64,000 bases of DNA from Kudoa neothunni. Its lineage: Eukaryota; Animalia; Cnidaria. Where the stretch lies: positions 2,761,223-2,825,222 of the forward strand of contig OZ199839.1 of assembly GCA_964304625.1 (NCBI GenBank). The letters are read 5' to 3'. Shown here one piece after another: positions 1 through 12,520 of this stretch (the stretch's first letter is position 1; every line of letters starts with the position of its first letter). The position numbers and the translations under genes are program-made. The notes under the pieces are model-generated. The model searched no databases and was not told where the DNA came from. It saw only the letters and a list, made by a program, of their open reading frames with translations.

Positions 1-330
1 AAGCAAATTCTTTTTCCAATTTCTCTCCGGTTACTACTCATCTCAATTTCTTAGGAAGATTTCGATATTACCCGGGAAGTAAACTTAGAAACTTTTTTTT
101 AAATTCTACGATTTTAATAGAAAACTACGATTCCTACATGTAATAAATAACATCTTGTTTCCCGATTATAAGACCTACAACGAAAATTGGACCTCATGGT
201 GTTCTTAAGCTAGTTTTTAATATAACACCTAGTAAAATACTCAAAATCTGGATATTCTGAATTATATATTAAAATATCTCTAACAATGTAATTCTATCGG
301 GTAGTTAACAATAATTAAAATTTTCATTAA

Positions 331-1393
331 CCCTCTAAGGGCTTTGGGGTCTTTTGGACCCTAAACTATAATTACTTTACCCAGTATTATGTACGTAATA
401 ATCAGAAATTAGTAAAATTCCATCTAATCCCCAAACTTACAATAATGATCATTCTTTGAGAATCTTAAATCGAGCAAATAAAAATTAGGCGTAGAAAACA
501 ATTATCCTCTAAGGAATATTGGGGTTTTTTAGTTAATATACTTTAAAAATAAATAAAAATGTTATGAACTTAATTAATTAATGTTTATTTTCCGTAAGGA
601 TTCAATTAATCACACGCGGCCTTTAATTAAAATAGATTTGGTAAAATTTTATTTACCGCAAAAATTAAATTTATAGAATTATAAAAAGTAAATATAATCT
701 ATTTGAATATAGTTAATAATTAAATTAAGATCTTTGAAGTGAAATATTCCAAGCAATTGATATATTTATTTATTTATTTATTCACAAATTACATTTGTGA
801 AAACGAAGAGATAAGAAATCTAAAATGCTTTTAACGTTCTTTGAACAACAATAAGTAGGGCTAAGTGGTTTTTAATGATATTTTCTGCAAAGATTCTTGA
901 TGTTATCGGTTTACTAAAATTCCATATAATACCACTTTAACTGATTGTTAGGTCTTCAGTATTACCACATTCCACCAATTCAATCGACGTTTCAGATGAT
1001 TCTGTATAGTTTTCTTCAAATTCACTTCCAAAAGATTGAAATTCATCAGTTTCACTTTTATTTTGTACAGGACAAGTGGGATCGCGTATCATTATTTGAG
1101 CAGAGTAACAATATTCTCCTGAACAATAATTTAGAATATTCAATTGAAGATTATTCAGCAACGGTTTTTATAACGATTAATTGCAATCCAACCCAACACA
1201 GTACAGATGAGATTATAACGAATTAATTACACATATGTTCGGTTCTTTTCTTCAAATTTAGTCGATAGAAATTTTTTAAACCGAATAAAATAATATATCT
1301 ATATTTATTAAGTTAATTTATCAAATAAAAAACTGGGGTCTTTTGAATCCCAAAAATCCTTGGTGGCTAGTCGTTTTTGTTGACCTTAGAGGG
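331..1393 (-). mobile_element. Non-autonomous piggyBac-family element
   Basis: TTAA|CCCTCTAAGG ... CCTTAGAGGG|TTAA (perfect 10-bp TIR, TTAA TSD); subterminal TGGGGTCTTTTG motif at both ends; acidic transposase N-terminus-like remnant (ORF 937-1161 -). Confidence 0.85.
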
Positions 1394-1947
1394 TTAAACA
1401 CATAGATTGAGTGTTTTTATTTCCTTTTTATCCTCATTAAAAAATAGGTATACTCATCAAATTACAGGTTCCACATCGTATTTCTATTAATATAAATATT
1501 ATTTTGTTTATTTAAATAAATTCTTATTTTAATTCTGTCATATAAGCTAAATAATGCATAGGAAGTTGTTTGTTAAAAATTTAAAAACTAAAACTCCTTA
1601 ATTAAACAAAAAAATATAAGACCTGGTTTATATTCGGCGAAATCTAACAAAATTCCAACAATAGTAATTATTAAATATATCGGCCCTTCCATTAAAATTA
1701 TAACGGAAATAAGAATTTCAATTCTTAGTAACAAATAGAACAAAATCCTCAGATTTATGTATTTCAAAAATACAACGACTGTTTCTATAATAAAGCTAAT
1801 CTACGCTAGGGATCGCATTCTATTTACGATTTCAAACAAATGCTTTCATTTTATTAATTCTTATGAGCAAAAAAACCGTTAATTTTTGATTAGAAGTTTT
1901 TTATATTCTTTCAAATAATAAAAGATTATTAATAAAACATTGTAAAG

Positions 1948-2515
1948 CGGTGCGTCCCAACGTGGGGAGCGAAAAAATTTGGGTGGGGCATGGAGATTTT
2001 AGAACGTTTAATGGACTGACATGATGGACTCGTAAAGTCTTGAGTATTGGTGAGACAATTGGACAGTATGACGTACATTGAAGTCAATATCGCTTATCTT
2101 TAAATGACGATTAAAATCATAAAAAATCCAAAAGCAATGATTAATTATATGAAAATTAACAATAATATTTAACATGCCTACACGCGGATAGAGTAAGAAT
2201 GGTTTGGATCTCAATGTTGTCTCATTTAGGAACGTATATCCATCTTTCTTTATTAAGCCTAATATAATATTGATTAATTTTGTATTTATATTATTTATTC
2301 TTCACTCGACGCTGTTTTTGACGGAAAAATGAACTAAAGATGTTAGTTATTAAGTTGCATCGATAAATTGAGTTAAATCTGATCGAATACATTCTAATTT
2401 TAACGAGAAAAGAAGTATATATTAATTGTTTCAAATTTTAGTGTGGTAAGGAGCTTTATTCAAAGTTATAAACAGTATAAGTCTAAAAATCAATTTTTGA
2501 GAAGGTGGGATACAG
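1948..2515 (-). mobile_element. hAT-type MITE, copy A (homologous to 10525-11126, opposite orientation)
   Basis: Reverse complement aligns by eye with 10525-11126 (e.g. CTGTTTATAAC.TTGAATAAAGCTCCTTA.CACA.TAAAATTTGAAA); degenerate CAATGTTTCCCAAC-like terminus. Confidence 0.7.
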
Positions 2516-2699
2516 AATTTGGCTAAAATTAAGAATAATGGGTGCATTTTCCGTTCAAAGATTAAAATTAGTTCGTACATTAAATCAACATTTTTTACAT
2601 TAAATTTCAACAATCGCAACAACTAGTCAGCTAACGTTGGTATAAATCATGGAAAACCTATTCTTACAGATATGGAATTTATAATATCCATTTGCTAAG

Positions 2700-4495
2700 G
2701 ATGAAATAATATGACAATGGATAAAAAATTTTTACGCAATATCCAGACCTTCGCGTGCGCATTATACTATAAAATACGATTTTTTCGTGTTCACGTCCGA
2801 TGCCAATTAGTGAAAATCAATTATATATATATAAATATATTATTTAATTAAATGAAATGTGATTTATCAAATTTTGTCGAAAAAGCTTCTAATTTTAGTT
2901 TGTCGGAATCTTTCTCTTGATATTTTTAAAACTCGGTCCATTATGGGATGTAAATCAAACAATCCCGTCGGATCCTCTTTAATAAAAGCTTCCCTCAGAA
3001 CGTTCACTGCATTTTTCATTTGATTAATTGAAATTTTGATGTCTTCAATGATTGATTCGCTATCGTCAGATTCGTCACTTATGGGCGATAAGTCCTCATT
3101 GTTTTCTTCCTCACATGTTGCTTCATAATCGTCATCAAACATATTTTCTGAATCTTCGATTTCATCTAGAAAAAATTAATTACGTATACGTTAAATATTA
3201 CCTTGAGAACAGTTGCTGATTTGAGGTATCTCACTCACATCTTCTTGGTCTATAAACTGATAATAACTTTATTGTCGTAATTTTATTTAATACCTCCAAA
3301 TATTTTTGATTTTTTAAAGCAATTAATAATAATTTGCGGCGGAATACTGTCCCAACATTTAGTTAATGTTATCAGAGTCAAGCAATGTGTATTTTTAGGC
3401 AAGAACAAAAATTTGATATTTTCAAAGCAATCAATATTTTTTGGATGGCCTGGACATTGGTCCAACAAAATTAAGACTTTTCTATTCTGATTTATCATCC
3501 TTCGGTTTAACTTTTTCATTATTTCTATAAATATACTAGAAGTCATCCATGCACTTTTTTGTGCATAATATTCACATGGGAGGTGTTTGACTCTTTTAAA
3601 ACATCTAGGATTTTGAAATTTCCCGATAACAACTAATGGGAACTTATCCCCATTTAAAGCTGAGGACAGTAAAACAGTCACCCTTTTTGGGATAATTTTT
3701 TCCCTTAACCCCGACCTCCTCCTTTAAAACGTAACTACTATTTTGTAACTGCTCATAATAAAGAGCAGTTTCGTCGATGTTAATAACGTCTTTTGGATTA
3801 TATGCTCTGATCAAATCGATGTTCTCAATAATCCATGGGTCGACAGATGCAACATCTGCACTCGCAGCCTCGCCATGGAACTTTTTGAAAACTATCCCAT
3901 ATCTTGACTTGAACCCTGCAAGCCATCCCTTGCTGGCTTTAAAATTGGAAACTTTGTTTTCATTTGCAATATAAGAAGCCTTTTTGATAATGGCATCTCC
4001 TGACAGAACTTTACCATTCGACCGTTGTTTAACAAACCAATCATACACTTCATCGTCTATATTTTTGAATTTATCTTCGTGCGAAAGAATTCTATCAAGT
4101 GTTGAATGACCTTAAATGTGATTTTACAATACTATTCAATAGAAGACTACTATACCACTCAATTTAAACTTGGAAATTGTCATTGATTCCGCACCCTTCA
4201 ACGTTTTTATTGAATTGTAGTAATGGATGATTTCCATTTTCTCTGAAATATTGCGTTGTTCGCGGGACATAATGAAAAAACACTATCTGAATTAAACCAA
4301 TTGACCACAAAAAACCACGCAATAAAAAATTTCCACGCAATAACGAGACTTTTTGTATTAATAAATTTTTTTTAATTTTTTGTTAAAAAATATTTTTACA
4401 TTACAATAAGATAATAACAATTTGAAAAAACTAAATTTCTCTCTTTAAAGGATAACTTTGAAAATCTCTAATTACGCAATATCCAATCTCGACTG
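2700..4495 (-). mobile_element. pogo/Tigger DNA transposon, degenerate (copy 1)
   Basis: Frameshifted ORFs: CENP-B HTH (FKASKGWLAGFKSRY), DDE_1 (NIDETALYY; KVLILLDQCPGH; FLPKNT), acidic C-terminus ending QTKIRSFF; terminus CAGTCGAGATTGGATATTGCG with TA at 4496-4497. Left boundary approximate. Confidence 0.85.
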
Positions 4496-5555
4496 TAGTT
4501 GTTACACTCAAATTTTAGGATGAATAAAGCATGCATTACTCGATCGATTAAATGGTATGAACTGTGGAAATAACTACAGAAACAACTACAAGGGGCTAGC
4601 AGTTATTTATACGATAGATTACAGCAACTATTACTGATAACAAATACAATGCCGAAAATAACCTATTGGTGATGAAACTATGATAAATCCAAAAAATTAA
4701 AATAATCAACGGTTTCGATTACGGCCATTATTCTACATTTTAACCCTGAATGTTGTTCATGGAAAGATGGGGAGAGATAGAAAAAAGTTGGGACACATCT
4801 CCGTAAATGGTTGTGATTGCCGTTTTTGGCCGCATGCACTCAGGTGAGAAAAGTAAATAAAGTTTTTGGACGTTCTGATTAAATAATGTATTATCACATA
4901 TTCTTTCTGAATCTGAATCTTCAAAATCTTTAACTGAATTACGCGGCGTAAATGTATGCAGCTTGAAATTTCCACGTGTGCCGTGAATTATCACCCGATT
5001 AGTCCCAATCAGTAGTTGATGGGTGTAACATCAAATAACAATCTTGTTTATTGCTATTAATACTGGTTAATCTCGTCTAAATAGCTTTGAATGTGAGGGT
5101 GGCAAAAATAAACTTACGAACCTGTCCGAACATCGTCGACAGATATTATCCAGTGGTGAGGGAGTTTGTTTTCAGCCAATATCCAAGCACTAATTAATTT
5201 TGTAAATTTGTCTCAACAATTAAAATTTTTCCACCCCAACAGCCACTCAAATCTTGGTTGGAATTAGTCGTTAGAACCAGGTGGCATTTTCATTCGGTTA
5301 CCACCACGGTGATTTGAATTAGATGAATTCAAATTCACGTGATTTGTCGACTGGATTTGATTCTTTTCTAGAATTATCCTCTATAGAAACTGCTATTAAA
5401 TTACCCGAATCAGTTAATTTACGCCTTCCAGAACGTAAACAATCACAAGCTGTTTTGTATCCACACCCATCCGCGACAAGGTGAAATTGTGCTATTGATA
5501 CAGTGGCGTGTGAGTTCGAGTGCTATTGGAAGTTGTTCTTTTGATTTATCTGAAA

Positions 5556-6707
5556 ATGTTGAGATTGAAAACTAAAAACTCGTTTCGTGTTCTATCTTCA
5601 ATATCCGAAATTGGTGCAATGGCGCACCGTCGCCACAAATCTTCAGTGGATTTTGTTAATGATTCTCGATATGCGTTACGACCTACGAAATATTCAGCAT
5701 TCGACGTTTTAGAGAATATGCTGTCTCCAAGGGGCACCGATTTGGGAGTTGGTGTGTTGGTGGCTAGAAATCCTCATTGCGTCAGTAGGAGAGTTGAGGA
5801 TATTCTGCCATCAACCGAATACAAGATAAGATGGTCTATGATGAAAAAGTCTACAATTAAGAAGCCTTTTATGACAGCAGATGGTGGTATCATTTATCGA
5901 GAAGTCACCGACGTCGATTCTGCATCTGTTATCAATGAAAATAATGTTGCATTGGATGCGTCATATTATAGCTTCGATAATGACTTTCAACAAGAGAATC
6001 ATTCCTTGTCAGAATTAAAGTCCGATGTGAGGAATTTGTTGGGAATTGTTGAATCAATAATTTACTTGCTGATCCTTCATTTTAGGCTACGCCAGATGAA
6101 CTTCGTATTAAGCATTATGCGTCTATCAGAAAAACCATCGAAACAATGTGTAGTAGTAGTAAGGCATCAACCCCCGATCCCAAATCCAATCCATTTAGAA
6201 TGCCTCATCATACCACTTTTCTGTTTGTTAAATCTAAAATCCTATTCCCAGATGAATGGTACATTCCAACGTTGTTCGTTTCCAAATACATGAATATCCA
6301 TGAGGTAGCCTGTTGTTTATTTTGATTGTGGGCGCAAATTAATTGGATTTTATTAATTTTTTTAGGCTGCTAATTCAGTCAAACATGAGATTCTACATTT
6401 GAACGACGATATAGCTACTATTGCTAGTCCTTTACCGTCGGTTTCGGTTACCGAAAATATTCCCAAGGATCATCCACTATATGAGAAATTGAAACGAAGA
6501 ATAAGTGTACGGTGGCTGATGATGTTTGAACTATGATGCTATTATCTATCCTTTTAGATTTTTATTTATAGAGCCATATATCATGGCTACGCTAATGAGC
6601 TCAAGTACAACACAGATATCATACAAGATGCTCAATGGTTGACCGCTTCCGAGGCCAAAAATGTGCTCAGGCCTTCCTTCTATGAGAAGCTTTCTACCAT
6701 TTTCTAA
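5556..6707 (+). CDS. MRPL46: Mitochondrial large ribosomal subunit protein mL46, 4 exons (5556-6026, 6086-6304, 6366-6506, 6558-6707), 326 aa
   Basis: GT-AG introns of 59/61/51 nt give one open frame; basic presequence-like N-terminus (MLRLKTKNSFRVL); blocks colinear with mL46 as I recall it: LGVGVLVARNPHCVS, NPFRMPHHTTFLFVKSK..DEWYIP, IFIYRAIYHG, DAQWLTASEAKNVLRPSFY. Confidence 0.75.
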
Positions 6708-7429
6708 AGTGTTAATATCTCGACATCTTTGTTAGATACGACTAGATACAACTAAATCCAACCAGATGCAACTAAATACAACGGTTGGTTTTCCACCTAC
6801 TGTACTCTTATTTATTTGGCAACCGTTTGTTTAGATTCACCACAACACATTATTTCTGTATCTAATTTTTTTACACATGATTCTTTCTTGTTTTTCGCAC
6901 CGCACCTTTCAATATGTCAACTGTTTTTCTTTCTTTTTTATATTAATCATTCTCGCATGTTATTCTAATAATGAGTAATTAGTAAATTTGACTAAGTTAT
7001 TTTTTGTAAGATTCTTTCGTCTCATTCATGAAATAATCCCTCAAAAATAATAACAATATAATTATAATAATAATAATAAAAGTGGTGGGATTTTAATGGA
7101 AAATTATGTCCTTTATTTCTTTTTACCTCATAATTCAATTAAAGAGAGATTGAAACTGATTTTTTACAATATTCTAGCGTAAATAATGGAATTGGCAATA
7201 GCTTTAGAACGAGAATTTTGTTAATCCTGAACTTGGCGTGCGCCCGCGCGACAACTATTTTTATCGCAGGAATTCTTATAAACAGTTGATATGAAACAAT
7301 TATTTTCCATAATTAATTACATTCAAAATTACATCCAAATGAATATTATGATTCGTGACAATATCCAATTTGGAAAGAATAAGCAGAATAATGAAGTTGC
7401 GCGCGCTCTGTCAAATAAAGTGTATTTAA

Positions 7430-7949
7430 ATGAAGTTTAAGGTAGATCTAATAATTTAAATATCTAATATGTAAACCCAGGTTCTTTACACAACTGATAA
7501 GAGCAAAAAAGCCAAAAAATACCATGTATATTTCGACATTAACAATTATTAACATAATCCACCTTATTTTAGGATGGATATATGGTGTATGATGAAAATA
7601 CTAAAAAAGCAAGGACTTATTTTAGTTTCACAACTTTTAATCCATTTAGTGTAAAGTATTCTCGGAGGAGAACAAATATGTTACCTCGTACAATGCCAAA
7701 TCGAATGTATATTAATCATTTAATATGTGTATAATTATTGGTTAGATTCCCACCGAGAATACCGATGTTGAACTTCCGTACGTGAACATACAAATTGAAG
7801 AAAGAATTACTGACAATGAAACCATAGCAACCACAAAAACGAAGAAAAACACTTCAAACAAACTTCCTATTATTACAAATTGTCGTCGAAGTAATGCCCA
7901 AATTCTGAGATTCTTGGAAGAATGTATAGAATCCAGTTGCCAGAAATAA
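7430..7949 (+). CDS. Stand-alone DUF2439 (ZGRF1/Mte1 N-terminal domain-like) protein, 5 exons (7430-7441, 7481-7525, 7573-7608, 7650-7706, 7746-7949), 117 aa
   Basis: Spliced product MKFKVLYTTDKSKKAKKYHDGYMVYDENTKKCKVFSEENKYV... fits the DUF2439 pattern F.VLYT..K.KK.K.W.DG; four phase-0 introns of 39/47/41/39 nt, the third GC-AG. Missed by the ORF track. Confidence 0.75.
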
Positions 7950-8129
7950 CTAATATTAACTATTTATGTTAAAATTTTTGTATTTTATAGAAACAATTTC
8001 CCTGAATTATTCTTGAACGTTTATGCCCATTAAACTTTGGATATAATTATAATTATAAAAGAACAAGGACTGTTAAAAATATAGAGTGACATAATTTTAA
8101 GTCGATAGATTTTCAAAATGTAATTATTC

Positions 8130-9400
8130 TAATTCCATTTCCGCGCATTAAATTCTGGTTGAAAGGTATTAATATTAAATAAATTAAGGAGCTTTTTTAT
8201 TATGCTATTAATAAAATTATTTGCTAGACATAACACAGCGTTTCAAGTTCAAGATGCAACCTACTTGCAGAGAGATGAATAATATCATTAAAATGCATGT
8301 TTCTCCAATTGAATGGGAGATTTCATCGAATTGACTCAATTTGAGAAGATAGTATTATTCGATTAGTTTAACTAACAGAAATATAATGATGAATTTGTCT
8401 AAAGGTTCGTACATTCTAATTGTTTGATCAATTATTCAAGGTGGATAACTTCTAAAACAATCAATTTCCTAAGTCTGTAGTCGAATAATTTCTTCTTCAT
8501 CAATACTATATTCGGATTAATTTTTGAGGAGTTTGGTTCCATTTGAAATGATCGTTTCTGCTGAAGTACAGTTATTAAAAAGGAATGATTTCTTAAAACA
8601 GTTTTAGATGGTATCTTCATTCACTAATGATAAAGTTTCTTTCGTCGCGTGCATAGCTTCGAGTAAAGTTGGAGGATAATCGTTTAAATAGTTATCATAA
8701 AAAATAGCTTTATTCATAAAATAATTTTTCAGATAATTTTTGTAACTTCATTCAAAATTGTTAATAATTCCTTGTTCTAATGGTTGTCATACGATTGTTT
8801 TTTTGGTGGAAAAAAACAGAGTCGAATGTTTGAAAAATTTGGCGTTGGATGGGTGGACTGATTATTAAAAAATAATATGATCCTACTTTTACATCGAAAA
8901 AGTTCAAGATTCCATTACGTCAAATATTTATTCAAATCCAAAGTCTTCTTGTTAATGTAATATAGAAGTTGGGATTCTTTTATTTTATGGAAGAAACAAA
9001 GTTTTTTCACAATTGTCAATTATTTGTCGATAAGAACCTTTTTTATACTAGTGTCGAAAAAAGGGCAGAAATAGTTACTATCATACAAATTTGTTAGAAC
9101 CGTGCTAATTTTCCCTCTTTTTTAATATAAAACTATACATTAAATTTCACATAGAAATATAAATTTAAATGATACTTTACTTTTTATTTTCTTTTGAAAT
9201 AACACAGATTTATACAAATTAAAATACCTTTAGATCACAATTTTCTATCAATTTTAATTGTAGAGTAGTTTCCAAGAGGAAACTATTAAACTCTTTGATG
9301 CAACAATTTTTTTTTGAGATCTGAAGATAATGTATACGCAGAACAATTTTTAGCAGCCATTATCATCAAATTAAAAAAATGGAAATTAAATATAAATTCT
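8130..9400 (-). mobile_element. Highly degenerate pogo/Tigger transposase remnant
   Basis: Minus strand about 8740-8890 reads RIILFFNNQSTHPTPNFSNIRLCFFPPKKTIV*QPLEQGIINNF (DDE_1 core); HTH-like start near 9360. Boundaries approximate. Confidence 0.6.
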
Positions 9401-10341
9401 ACTCGATTGTATCATAATGATGTAAAAATTTTATTCTATTCATAAATGCATTGAAAATTTATTTTGTATCGAATTTGTATACAGTGGCTCAATTTTAATC
9501 AATATGTTTACATCGACCAATTTTTTGTGCATATGCGCCACTTTCTAATTTTCATTATTATTCCACATCTAAAAATAGGTATAACTTTTAATATTGTCTA
9601 CGACATATTGAGTTTTAGTATTTATATTTTTTTACTGAAGTAGATATATTCTATAAATATTATTGATTATAATACTGATTTATTAGTAATACACAACAAT
9701 AATCCTTAATTTCCTAACATTTCGAATATATATATATAATATATAAGCGTATTTTTAAATAGGAAAAAATTAAATTTTCACAAAAATCTTTTATTTAGTT
9801 TTTAAGATTATTTAGAAAAATAAATCGTGTTGTTTGAAATGACATCATTGCAATTTTTGGGATGCATGTGCTTATTCTAACGCTAAAATACATTAAGTTT
9901 ATTTTTTCTTAGATAGATAAACATTACTATAACATTTTAAAACAATCTTAGTTATAATATTTAAAATAAAGCGCTATGGAAATGCAATCTTTTCCCTTGT
10001 TCATTTAAATTTTAAACGAACATTTGTCAAGAGAGGATCAAAACTCCTAGATTCTCCAGTGAATTTGTTCTTTTACAGCTCAACTCCTGGAAAAAATACT
10101 TGAAACCAGCCTCCACCTGCCTTAGTAGTTGTAATTTTATATGCATAATCATTGGCCTTCAAAAGTTATATTTATCTCACAAAGCTCGATATTACGTGCA
10201 CTCATTAGCTCAATTTATTCTTTAACTTTAAAACATGAAATAGTAAAATTACTCTTTCTTAAGGGTTATCTGCTTTGCTCTATCCCCTCTTGAATTATAA
10301 TCATTCAGAATACTCTTCCTTTTTAATAGGATGCTGTTTAA

Positions 10342-12520
10342 CCCTCCAACGATTTTGGTGTAAATGTACCCCAAAGCGATTTAGTATTAAGCTAATCGTT
10401 TTACTTCATTTATTGAATCTTACAAAATGTTCAATATGTCTGATACTTATAATTATCTACTATTACCAAATAAATTGGGAAAAATAATGAAAGGAAAATT
10501 TTTTTATTTAAATATCTTCAAACGCAATGTTCCCACCTTTTTTCTATCGCGACCCACCCGTTTCAAGAGTTTCGATTTTTTTAACTTGAACTGTTTATAA
10601 CATTGAATAAAGCTCCTTATCACATTAAAATTTGAAATCAATTAATATATACTCCATTCTTCATTAAAATATATTCGATTAGATCTAATTTAATTTATCG
10701 ATGGACCTTAATAATATACCAATTTGGTTCCTCATTCCGCCAAAAACAGCGTCCGATGAAACTTGTGGTAATCAAACCTTCATTAGGAAAGGCTTTCGTG
10801 TATACAGGACTAATAAACGAAAAATAACGAGTATAAATACGAAATTAATAAACATTACATCAGGTTTAATCAAAAAAGGATTAAACGATTATAAATGAGA
10901 TAAGAATAAGATAGAATCATTATGATTATTTACGGGTAAAGTACACGTAAAATATCATCATTAATTTTTATGTAATGAGCCATTGCTTTTTGTGTTTTAA
11001 GATGTTAATCATCACTTATAAATAAGCGATATTGACTCCACAGTATATCATAATGCCTAATTATTCCACCATTATCCATGCTACACCCTACCAAAATTTT
11101 TTCAAGCCCCACGTTGGGAAACATTGCTCTAACATTTTTAGGGTAAAATTTACCTCACATTTTTATTAATTTTATGTAAAGAGTATCTTGAAAATAATCA
11201 AAAATTAAATTATTGATTAAATCAAACGCGTAGATTTGAAGAAAACAATGAACAAAATGACTAGTTGTAGTACTGCGCATGCACAAGTAGTGCATAATCC
11301 TAAGTAAATGACGCAGGCGATTTAACTGGCGAATATCCCTCGTCTGGAAGCGAATTTGTTGATCAAGTTATTGATGAAAATGATACATTGGACGAAGAAA
11401 TAAATCCCATAGATATTAATGATAATAATTTAAAAAGTAAAGGTGGAATTATTTGGAGTTTATTAAATTCACCTACGAGAAAAATCTGTACCGAAAACAA
11501 ATTGAATTCCTTCCTGATGTCAATTCATATGCTGTTTCAAAAATAAAATCATTCATTTATTGTTTTTTGCTATAATTTATCTCAGAAATCGGTAGTATTA
11601 TCAATGTATACAAGAATATGCTTGGAAATCACTATTTCAATGATGAGTGACATGATACCAATGCAACTGAATTTAAAAGTTATGTAGGCCTTCTATTACC
11701 AATAGCTATTCGTAAAGATAAAAAATACCACGGATAATAATGTCATCGATTCGCCTAAAAATTTTAAACCTCATTCATACGATAATGCATTACAATGCAA
11801 CCAAGGGTAGGATTGATTATGTGGATAGAATATTGGCGTCAATTTCTACCAAGAAGTTTATAATATGGCCGCTTATCGTCTTTTTCAACATAATTGACAT
11901 CTCGTTGAGTAACACATTTGTATTATTCAATGACATATTTAATTCAGAGAAAAAATTACGAAAAAACTTTCTGAAAGAGATTTCTAAAGGATTGTACAAT
12001 CCACTGTAAATAGAATCTCAGGAAAAATTATCAAAAGTGATTTAAATAAATTTGATATTTGAGTAGAGAACCAAGTTTAAATAAGGAATCGTCGCGCTGA
12101 GATTATTGTTAAAGATAAAATGATAAGAGAAACTCCAAATGGTGCCATATTTGTTACAAGTCTTGTCTCCATTCATGCTTCGAAATTCTTTCAAAGCGCC
12201 GAAATTAATTGTTGTGCTTATTTTTGTTTTTTCCATTATTCTTTATTCTGTAAAGATTTTTTTTTTAGCCGATAGCATTACTTTTATTTTGGAAACACTT
12301 ATGGAAAACGTCGATATATCCGAATGATGTCATCATTGAAATTAGTTTAAGATTCTTTGGCGTAATTAATACAATATTCTAATGATTCTACTCGTTTAAA
12401 TTTAATGATATTTTATAATCCCTAATTAATTACTTTTTGAACACATGGAGGTAATAAAAAAGTGGGGTAATTTTTACCCCAAAAGCGTTACGATGGTACC
12501 GTTGTTGAGATCGTTGAGGG
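10342..12520 (+). mobile_element. piggyBac-family element, internally deleted
   Basis: TTAA|CCCTCCAACGAT ... ATCGTTGAGGG|TTAA; transposase remnants incl. HYNATKGRIDYVD...WPLIVFFNIIDIS (11740-12009). Confidence 0.85.
10525..11126 (+). mobile_element. hAT-type MITE, copy B, nested in piggyBac
   Basis: TIRs CAATGTTCCCA ... TGGGAAACATTG; homologous to 1948-2515. Confidence 0.75.

Noticed and set aside
5520-6293. 257-aa single ORF from the track
   Set aside because: It reads through intron 1 and continues in the wrong frame; the spliced model gives mL46-like sequence.
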